Part shown: positions 20,402 through 28,363 of the stretch, piece after piece
Layout: the number at the start of each line of letters is the position of its first letter
Position numbering within the stretch: the stretch's first letter is position 1
DNA from: a phage
Reading direction: 5' to 3' (one strand)
DNA length: 51,359 nt
Sequence record: PZ452592.1
Translations under genes and position numbers: made by a program
Notes under the pieces: model-generated
The model's input: the letters and a program-made list of their open reading frames with translations, nothing else
Database searches by the model: none
Told to the model about the DNA's origin: nothing

Positions 20402-20670
20402 TAATTACACCTCAAATCAATAAATTTACTTTCATTTTGCCAACGGTTGATAAATTTAACTTCTTTATTGTCAACGCTCAACCTGTATTGCTTTTGGCTG
20501 AATCTGTTTTCTCGGACTGCATTAATTTTGACTTCATGTAATCCGTTAACAGGGAATGTTTTAACGTTAAATTTTGCCGTGCAATCGATCTCCTTGAAGT
20601 TGCCAGTAGGCGACGCTGCGCATCCTGTCAGAGCGGCTACAGTGGCGATAACTGCGATTAACTTTTTCAT
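20401..20670 (-). CDS. lipoprotein, putative Cor/Llp-like superinfection exclusion protein
   Basis: signal peptide plus lipobox MKKLIAVIATVAALTGC; RBS AAGGAG 8 nt upstream of ATG 20670; adjacent to tail genes. Confidence 0.55.
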   Translation of the reverse strand: MKKLIAVIATVAALTGCAASPTGNFKEIDCTAKFNVKTFPVNGLHEVKINAVRENRFSQKQYRLSVDNKEVKFINRWQNESKFIDLRCN

Positions 20671-20701
20671 CTTCAATACTCCTTAGTTGTTGTTGGCTGC
20701 A

Positions 20702-20743
20702 ACTATACACGATCTTGGGCATCGCGTTTAGCAAAAAGTGCTA
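20702..20743 (-). promoter_or_regulatory. 19-mer promoter cassette
   Basis: minus strand: TAGCACTTTTTGCTAAAC + 18 nt + TATAGT, then RBS and lipoprotein ATG. Confidence 0.5.
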
Positions 20744-20865
20744 TTTGTTATTTTTTGTTTTCCGGTGTTATAGAATTTAAGACGGCGTAAATTTAGCGCA
20801 AATTTTAGACAACATAAGATCAATAAACAATCAATAAAATAGATATATACATATAAAATCAATAG

Positions 20866-21032
20866 TTTATTTATTTATGTATGTATATTTGTTTTTTCTT
20901 GTTATCTGCGTTTCTTGTGGTTTTGGTTGTTTGTGGTGATTTTTCTTTCTGAGTATCTGTATATGCCATCATTCATGTGTATTTATATAATCCGGCGTAC
21001 CTGAGAGAACAGGGGAACAAGAAAAATAACAC
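20866..21032. repeat. AT-rich diverged repeat, copy A
   Basis: shares TTATTTATTTAT..., TTTTCTT, GTTGTTTGTGGTG/GTGTGGTTGTG, CCGGCG...GAACAG.AAAAATAACA blocks with 41977..42155. Confidence 0.45.
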
Positions 21033-21059
21033 ATATTAATCATTAACTTATGAGTCAAA

Positions 21060-21097
21060 TCTGTTTTCTTGCCATCTGAGAACGTTTAGAAAACAGA
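21060..21097. promoter_or_regulatory. 10-bp inverted repeat, candidate operator
   Basis: TCTGTTTTCT...AGAAAACAGA, perfect 10-bp arms 18 bp apart, 17 bp upstream of -35 of promoter at 21114. Confidence 0.35.
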
Positions 21098-21113
21098 AAA
21101 AACAAAACAGCTA

Positions 21114-21141
21114 TTGACTAAATCAACCAAATGGCTACAAT
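21114..21141 (+). promoter_or_regulatory. sigma70-type promoter
   Basis: TTGACT - 16 nt - TACAAT, about 30 nt upstream of RBS/ATG at 21172. Confidence 0.6.
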
Positions 21142-21171
21142 GCACGCATAAAGCAACAAGGAGCATTAAAG

Positions 21172-22227
21172 ATGAGTGATTTTAACGCCTACACTAGCGA
21201 AGAAATGAGCAACGAGCTTTATCATGATCCTAACGCGTGGACGGCTGAATATGTCAGCGGTTCCAGCCTGGCGGAGATTTACAGCACTTGCCCGGCGTAC
21301 TGGAAGTACAAGCCGCGCCAGGAAACTAAAGCACTTGTTTTCGGTACGCAGTCGCATACCAACTTTGAAAGCAAGGAGCTATTCGAAAAAACATATCGCC
21401 GCGCACCGTCGCAGGATGATTTTAAAGATCTGATCACTAGTCAAACGGCGTTAGCATCAAAGCTGAAATCTTTTGGCCTGAAAGGTACGACGGGTAAACA
21501 ATACCCTGAATTACTGGAAATGCTGTACAAGTGCGGCGAGGATCTCAATGTGTGGTGGCTTATCGAAATGATGGCAGAATGCCAGGCCGCAGCGGACGGA
21601 GTGCAGTTAATAGGCGCTAAAGATTATGATGCCTGTGTAGCGATGCGGCGCGTACTTGAGGCCATACCGGAGCATAACGCTTGCATGAACAGCCCAACCG
21701 CGCAGCGTGAAATGTCAATATTTGGGATCATCAACGGCGTAAAAGTAAAAGTGCGTCTTGATCACGTTGACGTAAACAAGGATGTAAAGGCAACAATCAT
21801 TAACGGTTACGACGAAAAAGGCAGGCCGATTTATGAAGAAGTCACCTATCCAGAAGCGGTGATTATCACTGACTACAAAACAACGGTTAGCGCAAATCCG
21901 GTTGACTTCCAGCGCCTGGCTTACAATCACGGCTATTATCTTAAAATGGCTTTGCAACATGATTTATTCAAAAAGGCGTATCCAGACGAGGAAAGGCCAG
22001 TAATTGTGAGATTGCTTGCTCAAGAGAAGAAAGAGCCTTACTTGCCGCTCGCATTCCGCATGAACATTGAGCAGTTGAAGATTGGGCGTATCCAGTACAT
22101 GAGCGTGATCAACAAGTTCAACGTTTGCCAGCAGTTAGATGAATGGCCTTCGTATGCAAACGGACAACCAGAAATTGATCTTGATACTCCTGATTGGGTC
22201 CGTGCTCAATTCAGGCAGTATCTGTGA
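21172..22227 (+). CDS. recombination exonuclease (PD-(D/E)XK family)
   Basis: 351-aa ORF; RLDHVD...ITDYKT resembles D...(D/E)xK nuclease core; lies upstream of Erf-like gene and SSB. Confidence 0.55.
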   Translation: MSDFNAYTSEEMSNELYHDPNAWTAEYVSGSSLAEIYSTCPAYWKYKPRQETKALVFGTQSHTNFESKELFEKTYRRAPSQDDFKDLITSQTALASKLKSFGLKGTTGKQYPELLEMLYKCGEDLNVWWLIEMMAECQAAADGVQLIGAKDYDACVAMRRVLEAIPEHNACMNSPTAQREMSIFGIINGVKVKVRLDHVDVNKDVKATIINGYDEKGRPIYEEVTYPEAVIITDYKTTVSANPVDFQRLAYNHGYYLKMALQHDLFKKAYPDEERPVIVRLLAQEKKEPYLPLAFRMNIEQLKIGRIQYMSVINKFNVCQQLDEWPSYANGQPEIDLDTPDWVRAQFRQYL

Positions 22228-22302
22228 CAAACTAAACAAATAGCTAAACTTTTATAATGGTTGGTGATATAATTCGCCAACCAGATAACGGGAGAATGAG
22301 AA

Positions 22303-22560
22303 ATGACAGATAAAGACAATGCCACATTATTGCATTTAGAACGATTCATTGATCGAGTAACCATTGCAATGAAAGAATTTATTAAGCCGATGAACATTAA
22401 AGAGTCGGAAGAAATGAAGACTTATATCAAGGACGTGGTTGCATCCATTGACAACGTTATCCTTGTTGCAACGATGAGCAAGGGAAACAAAGAGCGCGAG
22501 AGGTTGGTTGCTGAATCAACAGAAGAATTTATTAAAATGCTTGAAAGCGAGAAGGAATAA
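22303..22560 (+). CDS. hypothetical protein
   Basis: 85-aa ORF with RBS GGAG. Confidence 0.5.
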   Translation: MTDKDNATLLHLERFIDRVTIAMKEFIKPMNIKESEEMKTYIKDVVASIDNVILVATMSKGNKERERLVAESTEEFIKMLESEKE

Positions 22561-23217
<657 letters not shown>

Positions 23218-23222
23218 TAAAC

Positions 23223-23243
23223 GGGGCGCTTGCGCCCCTTTTG
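23223..23243 (+). terminator. intrinsic terminator in repeated hairpin-RBS module
   Basis: GGGGCGC-TT-GCGCCCC followed by TTTTG; near-identical to module at 7562. Confidence 0.6.
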
Positions 23244-23260
23244 TCATAGGAGAAAACAAA

Positions 23261-23713
23261 ATGCACGTTATTACAGGTGAGATTCGAAAAGAGCCAAAAG
23301 TAAAGCAAATGCCTAACGGCAGCACGCTATATGTTATTGAGCTTTCCGAGCGATACAAAGACCGAGAAGGAAATTGGCAGTATACAAACTATGTGTTTTT
23401 CTTTAACGCGAAAACAGACGGCCTGAATGGTTGGTATGCCGAGGCGTTCCAGGTAGGCAAGGTTGTTTCTGTTTCCTGCGATACCTTGCGAGTTGAAACG
23501 CGAGAATACAACGGAAAGATTTACAGCACCGTGCAGCCTGGCGGATTTGCAAACTTGCTATTTAGCCAGAGAGGTGAAAGCCAGCAACAATATCAGCAGC
23601 GAACGCAAGGAGGCTGGGGGCAACCACAACAGCAACAGCAACAAAATACTCAACAGCAGCCGCAGCAAAGCAATCAGCCTCCGATTGACTTTGACGACGA
23701 TATACCATTCTGA
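23261..23713 (+). CDS. ssb: single-stranded DNA-binding protein
   Basis: C-terminal tail DFDDDIPF identical to the E. coli SSB acidic tip; Gln-rich linker; RBS AGGAG. Confidence 0.85.
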   Translation: MHVITGEIRKEPKVKQMPNGSTLYVIELSERYKDREGNWQYTNYVFFFNAKTDGLNGWYAEAFQVGKVVSVSCDTLRVETREYNGKIYSTVQPGGFANLLFSQRGESQQQYQQRTQGGWGQPQQQQQQNTQQQPQQSNQPPIDFDDDIPF

Positions 23714-23722
23714 TAACAAAAA

Positions 23723-23747
23723 GCCCCGCATATGCGGGGCATTTTTT
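23723..23747. terminator. bidirectional intrinsic terminator
   Basis: hairpin GCCCCGC-ATAT-GCGGGGC flanked by A5 and T6 between convergent genes. Confidence 0.8.
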
Positions 23748-24270
23748 AGTCTAACGTGGTTGGTTTGTTTACCAGTGCCGCTACAACCGCTTTTAGCTCG
23801 TCAATTTCTTTTCTCATCTCATCGTTTTCCGCTTTCAGTTTCTTAACGTGGTGAATCAGTGGAACAGTGAGGCGGTCATACATAACGCCTTCCGCCACCA
23901 TGCCATTACTTGAAGCAATGGCAGGATCTTCTCCTTCTTGCAGCGGTCGCCAGTGAACGTACTCCGGCGCAACCTCTCCAACTTCCTCTGCAATCAGTCC
24001 GTACCATCCCCAATCTTTACGGTCGCTTTCACAAGTTGACCGATACCACACAGGACGCATTTCAAGCATCAGATCCGCATATTCATCAATAACCGATTCT
24101 ACGCTGCGCTTATAACGAGAAGAGGAAGTGGAGCGTAAAACTTGCGACACTCCAGCATTTGGATCAAGCCATAAGTTTGCTGATTGAGCGGTTGTGTTAA
24201 TATTAAATAAATAAAATGCATCGTTACCAGTTAGGGGGTAAAAACTCCCACTATACCTTCCGCTACCCAA
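23746..24270 (-). CDS. protein with C-terminal intramolecular chaperone (peptidase S74-like) domain
   Basis: SSRYKRSVESV...EMRPVWYRS...GLIAEEVGEVAPEYV matches S74 pattern; no ATG near 5-prime end (TTG at 24270). Confidence 0.5.
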   Translation of the reverse strand: MGSGRYSGSFYPLTGNDAFYLFNINTTAQSANLWLDPNAGVSQVLRSTSSSRYKRSVESVIDEYADLMLEMRPVWYRSTCESDRKDWGWYGLIAEEVGEVAPEYVHWRPLQEGEDPAIASSNGMVAEGVMYDRLTVPLIHHVKKLKAENDEMRKEIDELKAVVAALVNKPTTLD

Positions 24271-24288
24271 CTCGGATGATAGATCAGT

Positions 24289-24441
24289 TTATTTTAGATA
24301 CGGTTTCAACTTATTGTCAACATCAGCAGTTGATGCTTTTCCGGCAACATCCTGTTTTAGTGTCGAAACATCCTGTTTTAGTGTCGAAACATCACTTTTC
24401 AGCTTCGTTATATCACTAGGTATAACAGTGACTGTAGCCAT
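24289..24441 (-). CDS. mini-ORF with heptad repeats, in frame with S74-domain ORF
   Basis: 50 codons, RBS GGAG 8 nt upstream of ATG 24441; contains 21-bp tandem repeats; a single TAA separates it from the next ORF. Confidence 0.35.
   Translation of the reverse strand: MATVTVIPSDITKLKSDVSTLKQDVSTLKQDVAGKASTADVDNKLKPYLK
24346..24408. repeat. 21-bp tandem repeat x3 (third copy degenerate)
   Basis: AACATCCTGTTTTAGTGTCGA at 24346 and 24367, degenerate copy at 24388. Confidence 0.8.
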
Positions 24442-24453
24442 TTTCCTAACTCC

Positions 24454-24732
24454 TTAAGCCCATTCTCTAATAGGCTGATCTAACTCAACCACGTATCCAT
24501 TAAAAATTACGGCATCAAACTTATCATCAATGATTCGCACATTGACGAAATAGCCGTCGTTCTTTCGCGCAATCTCATCGCCATCGTCAGATCGTGCAAT
24601 TACTGTGTAAGTATTGCCGATTACATCGAGCAGGATTGCATCCTGAATGGATTCGTTTTCGTTCCATTCAATTTCTTCCAGAAAGGCGGAAAACTCCGCC
24701 TTGTCTACAAATTTCAGTGTTAAATCACGCAT
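24454..24732 (-). CDS. hypothetical protein (fibre-associated)
   Basis: 92-aa ORF from ATG 24732, overlapping fibre stop (TAATG). Confidence 0.45.
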   Translation of the reverse strand: MRDLTLKFVDKAEFSAFLEEIEWNENESIQDAILLDVIGNTYTVIARSDDGDEIARKNDGYFVNVRIIDDKFDAVIFNGYVVELDQPIREWA

Positions 24733-26708
24733 TATACAATTTCCCCCAATTGATGATCTGTTAGTGCCTTGTGCCATATACGGAAGTTTCTAACGTGCCC
24801 GAAAAGATGACGTTCGCCCGTAGTTGTTTGTCCGCCAATCCTTATAGTAGCCGTTGATTCTATGTATCTCCATTCCGTTTTTGTTTCGCTTGATATTCTG
24901 GCATTACTTACACAGCAATTATTGTAATCACTCTTTACTCTCATTCCCATGATCATCTTTTTTAGTTTTGCATTCTCGTAAACCCTTCTGTTTGATCCAC
25001 CTATATCGCAATAAGGGAATCCATCATTATCGCCCTCGGCAGATCCGAAAGCAAGAATAATTGCCGCACCAGATTGATGACCTCCAGTATCAAAAACACG
25101 AGGAGCAGCATTTGGCGTTATACTCCAGTTTTTATTAGCTTCCACAAGTACTGTAAACGGCAAATTGTAAAGGTTGTTTTTTATTGGTAATGTAACCATA
25201 TCGCTTGCCCGTGTTACTGGAGTCTCTTCTGTAATAATAAAGGATGAAGCGCACGCCCCACCTTCAACTTGAGGGGTCGCAATATAAATATAATCATCCG
25301 CGCCAGTGCCCACTCCTTTTGCCGGGGCATACTGAACCATTCCACCTATCATATTTTCTGTATCAAGTGCCTTAATTGTCGCCTCAAAAAAGATCCATTT
25401 GCTTGCTTCATCTTTAACAGCCCTTGCAGTAATACGATTTGCAGCGACGCCAGTTTTTTCAATTGATAAATCTGTCAGATTTACGTAAGCATCACCCAAA
25501 AATGCATAAGCAGATCCATCGTAGTTTTCAAATCGTAATCGGCATCTTAAATTTGGAGTCCCACTTTGCGCCCTGCATGATATGGTTACATACTTTTCAT
25601 TTCCTGTTACATCAAAACCTCTACTGCCGGAAACGGTTACTATGTTAATCGCTGAAGTTTGCCCTACCATTTCTGGTTTTAATGTAAATTTTGCGTACTG
25701 GAATCCGAAATTATCCACACCTGATCTATCTAAGATCATATTTGATGACTTGTTCCATTTTGAAGGATTGACGCTATTTATAAGAAGGTTTGTTCTTTGC
25801 CCCTCAATGAGCAGACCATCCTTTTCAAATCTAGGTTCATCAATAGCAGCATTAGTAAGCACCCCAGACTTATTAATGTAAGTAGCGGTTGATGCGCGTT
25901 TAAACTTAACAATCTTGTCACCTGGCATCGTGATCTCATCGTCACCTATAACAATCTTTTTATATGACGGAGAGAATCCGGTGATCATATCCAGGGAATC
26001 ATTAAACGGTATCCACACGTCCGGCAACGGTTGCAATAAATCTTTGTAAGGTTCTGCGGCCTGCTTTGCGTATTCCTCCGCTTGATCTCGCGCACTTTCA
26101 GCTCCTGCCTTTGCAGTGTTCGCAGCGTCACGCGCGGATTCAGCGCCTTTTCTTGCAGTTTCAGCGCCAGTCTTTGCAGTGTTTGCAGCGTCGCGCGCGG
26201 ATTCAGCGGCAGCCTTTGCAGTGTCAGCACCTTTCTTGCTATTCTCTGCATTTGTTGCGCTTGTCTTTGCGTTATTCTCGCTAGTTTTAGCTGCCTTCTG
26301 GCTTGCTGCGGCTGCGTCAGCATTTGTCTTTACGTCTTCCTGGATCTTCTGTAGCTTATCCCAATCAAAATCCTTGATGATCTCAATAAATCCAGCAAGC
26401 TCAGACTCCTTTCCCTGGTAATAACGCAACGTTTCCGCTACGTCTTGCGCAAGACCGTCAACCGTTAACGAGTCATGAAGCAAGATCAGGTAATTTGTCT
26501 TCTGGACTACCGCGCCGCCAGTAGTAATTGCGCGAATGCTTGTATCGCTAATCACTTCTGTAATCACAGCAGCTTGCAAAGGTTGAGCAAGAAAGAAAAT
26601 AGTTGCGCCTGGGCGAATCAAGGTTAATTGCTCACGCCATTTTGTACCGTAACCAGTTACATAACCTTGCGCGTCCATAGACGCTTGGCCTTGTCTGTAA
26701 ATCGCCAT
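24732..26708 (-). CDS. side tail fibre protein
   Basis: 658-aa ORF from ATG 26708 with RBS AGGAGG; Ala-rich 21-aa repeats; beta-rich lectin-like C-terminal domain. Confidence 0.65.
   Translation of the reverse strand: MAIYRQGQASMDAQGYVTGYGTKWREQLTLIRPGATIFFLAQPLQAAVITEVISDTSIRAITTGGAVVQKTNYLILLHDSLTVDGLAQDVAETLRYYQGKESELAGFIEIIKDFDWDKLQKIQEDVKTNADAAAASQKAAKTSENNAKTSATNAENSKKGADTAKAAAESARDAANTAKTGAETARKGAESARDAANTAKAGAESARDQAEEYAKQAAEPYKDLLQPLPDVWIPFNDSLDMITGFSPSYKKIVIGDDEITMPGDKIVKFKRASTATYINKSGVLTNAAIDEPRFEKDGLLIEGQRTNLLINSVNPSKWNKSSNMILDRSGVDNFGFQYAKFTLKPEMVGQTSAINIVTVSGSRGFDVTGNEKYVTISCRAQSGTPNLRCRLRFENYDGSAYAFLGDAYVNLTDLSIEKTGVAANRITARAVKDEASKWIFFEATIKALDTENMIGGMVQYAPAKGVGTGADDYIYIATPQVEGGACASSFIITEETPVTRASDMVTLPIKNNLYNLPFTVLVEANKNWSITPNAAPRVFDTGGHQSGAAIILAFGSAEGDNDGFPYCDIGGSNRRVYENAKLKKMIMGMRVKSDYNNCCVSNARISSETKTEWRYIESTATIRIGGQTTTGERHLFGHVRNFRIWHKALTDHQLGEIV
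26109..26231. repeat. 63-bp tandem repeat (about 2.3 copies) inside fibre gene
   Basis: CTTTGCAGTGTT(C/T)GCAGCGTC(A/G)CGCGCGGATTCAGCG(C/G)C at 26109 and 26172, partial copy at 26214. Confidence 0.75.
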
Positions 26709-26726
26709 TTGTAAAATCCTCCTAAA

Positions 26727-26746
26727 TAGCACTTTTTGCTAATGAC
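26727..26746 (+). promoter_or_regulatory. off-pattern copy of 19-mer box (TAGCACTTTTTGCTAATGAC)
   Basis: on + strand between fibre gene start and a minus-strand terminator; no -10 at cassette spacing. Confidence 0.3.
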
Positions 26747-26773
26747 AATGCAGATAATAGCATTTTCAAGTGC

Positions 26774-26798
26774 AAAAAAAAACCCCGCATAAGCGGGG
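26774..26798 (-). terminator. intrinsic terminator (minus strand)
   Basis: A8 on + strand then hairpin CCCCGC-ATAA-GCGGGG; reads hairpin + U-run on minus strand. Confidence 0.75.
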
Positions 26799-26814
26799 CA
26801 ATACTAGCGGAGTT

Positions 26815-27744
26815 TTATAGCAGTGATTCGGGCTTGTAGAGTTTTCTTTCTACTCCCTGTTTAAAATTATCGTTAACAGGCATCATTATGTCAAGCCCTC
26901 TTTCCTCTGCCGCGATTATCACATCACGATCATCTTTCCGGCAGACTACGCGCATTCTTCTTTCTCCTTTATATCTATGCGCAACCATTTCAAGATTTGA
27001 AGGAGTAAAACAGGCCCACACCTCTTGACCAGTTGATAAATGAACATGCTGAGAATCAACCCAATCAAGGCACAAATAGATCGTCTTATCTGTGCTACCT
27101 GTTTTAACAACAGATCCGCGCGTGTAGTCGCGAGCTAAAAACCAATCCTTTCCATCCTCATCAATGAAAAGCACGTTACACATTTCATCATCCAGCCCGT
27201 CATCATGCACCAGGTGACAAGGTAGCGCGTGAATGTATCGACCATCCTTGACGCCGCAATCATAATGACAATCTTCCGGCGGATATATCCCCTCATAAAC
27301 GCTTAAAGGTGTGCGATCGAATTTTAATGTTTTTGCCATCACTTTTTCGCAACATTCATGACTTGCCTGTTTCCCGAACGAGTAACCAGAAGAACGCGAA
27401 GCGCGTTTGTTTGCTCTGATCCTGTAATCTTGTGGCACTTTTCCGAGGAAGCGGCCCAAAATGTTGATGGCCTCGCTGTAAGGTTCGCCAGTTAATTTCA
27501 TTAACCAACCGATCCCCGTGTCGTTGCCGCATACGTTGCAGATCGCGCCGCCGTCGCCCTCTTCATTTAGCTTATCAGTCCATCTAAAACGATCCTTACC
27601 GCCGCAGTGTGGGCAAGGTTGATGCTTTTTGTTGAAAACATCGCTATGCAGTCCGCAAATGCTTTGTAGTGCTTCACGCCATAACCCCTTCATATATGGC
27701 AAAACATCTTCTTTCTGATAGGTCATAAAGTTTTCAGTATTCAT
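26815..27744 (-). CDS. DNA primase (zinc-ribbon type)
   Basis: CPHCGG...CNVCG zinc ribbon; ATG 27744 with RBS GAGG (track start 27822 lies further upstream). Confidence 0.6.
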   Translation of the reverse strand: MNTENFMTYQKEDVLPYMKGLWREALQSICGLHSDVFNKKHQPCPHCGGKDRFRWTDKLNEEGDGGAICNVCGNDTGIGWLMKLTGEPYSEAINILGRFLGKVPQDYRIRANKRASRSSGYSFGKQASHECCEKVMAKTLKFDRTPLSVYEGIYPPEDCHYDCGVKDGRYIHALPCHLVHDDGLDDEMCNVLFIDEDGKDWFLARDYTRGSVVKTGSTDKTIYLCLDWVDSQHVHLSTGQEVWACFTPSNLEMVAHRYKGERRMRVVCRKDDRDVIIAAEERGLDIMMPVNDNFKQGVERKLYKPESLL

Positions 27745-27799
27745 GGCAAACCTCAATAAAAAAGCCCAGCAAATATTATCATTTCGCTGAGCCTTATCA

Positions 27800-28276
27800 T
27801 TAGCTATTTGTGCTGTTATCACCTTTGTAGAATCGTCCGCCTGGTTCGTAGTCTGAATTTTTGACTACGCGCAACATCTCGTATTTGTCGCAACGGGTAG
27901 TAAGAGGCTTACCGTTAGAATCAAACCGCAGATCTGGACGACAAAATGATGCGCGGTATCCTTTGCATCCATTATATTTGTAGTCGTTATGCACCTTTTG
28001 TGCTCCAGCGGCTGAAATCATACCACGCTTTCGCCATTGGTTAACGACTTGCTGAGATACGCGTAGACGTCGAGCCATAGCAGGAACACCGCCATAATAC
28101 TCGATCAGAATATCCAAGCGAGATTTCAGGCTTGCTTTTACCTCATCTCGCAGGATAAGAAATCCGGTTCGGTGTTTTCGTGGCTTTTTGTCTTTACCTC
28201 GTCGCGTTCCGTTGTTACCGTTAATAGTGCGCTTGTCGATCTCACCCGTAGACACCGCAATTCGTGCATCTTTCAT
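27800..28276 (-). CDS. HTH DNA-binding protein
   Basis: 158-aa ORF; basic N-terminus and helix-turn-helix-like segment GVPAMARRLRVSQQVVNQWRKRG. Confidence 0.5.
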   Translation of the reverse strand: MKDARIAVSTGEIDKRTINGNNGTRRGKDKKPRKHRTGFLILRDEVKASLKSRLDILIEYYGGVPAMARRLRVSQQVVNQWRKRGMISAAGAQKVHNDYKYNGCKGYRASFCRPDLRFDSNGKPLTTRCDKYEMLRVVKNSDYEPGGRFYKGDNSTNS

Positions 28277-28288
28277 CTAGTCACCTCA

Positions 28289-28331
28289 TAGCATTTTTTG
28301 TTAAAACAGTTTATTGTAATGAGTCTATTAT
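28289..28331 (+). promoter_or_regulatory. 19-mer promoter cassette
   Basis: TAGCATTTTTTGTTAAAAC + 18 nt + TATTAT in a divergent intergenic region, 33 nt upstream of helicase ATG. Confidence 0.5.
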
Positions 28332-28363
28332 ATACTCCAAATGGCATTTTTTAAAGGTTTAAG

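Noticed and set aside
20750-21170. CRISPR array or tRNA in the AT-rich intergenic regions (also 41690..42250)
   Set aside because: Repeats are diverged, irregularly spaced and AT-rich, with no identical direct repeats and unique spacers. I recognised no tRNA-like cloverleaf, although I could not run a tRNA scan.
22228-22302. Possible promoter or degenerate 19-mer (AAATAGCTAAACTTTTATAATGG) upstream of gene 22303
   Set aside because: Only a partial match to the 19-mer and no fixed-spacing -10; may be a weak promoter but the evidence is too thin to annotate.
25269-26421. Cluster of overlapping ORFs on both strands (25269..26421)
   Set aside because: They fall inside the fibre gene and its 63-bp tandem repeat; repeat-driven open frames, not genes.
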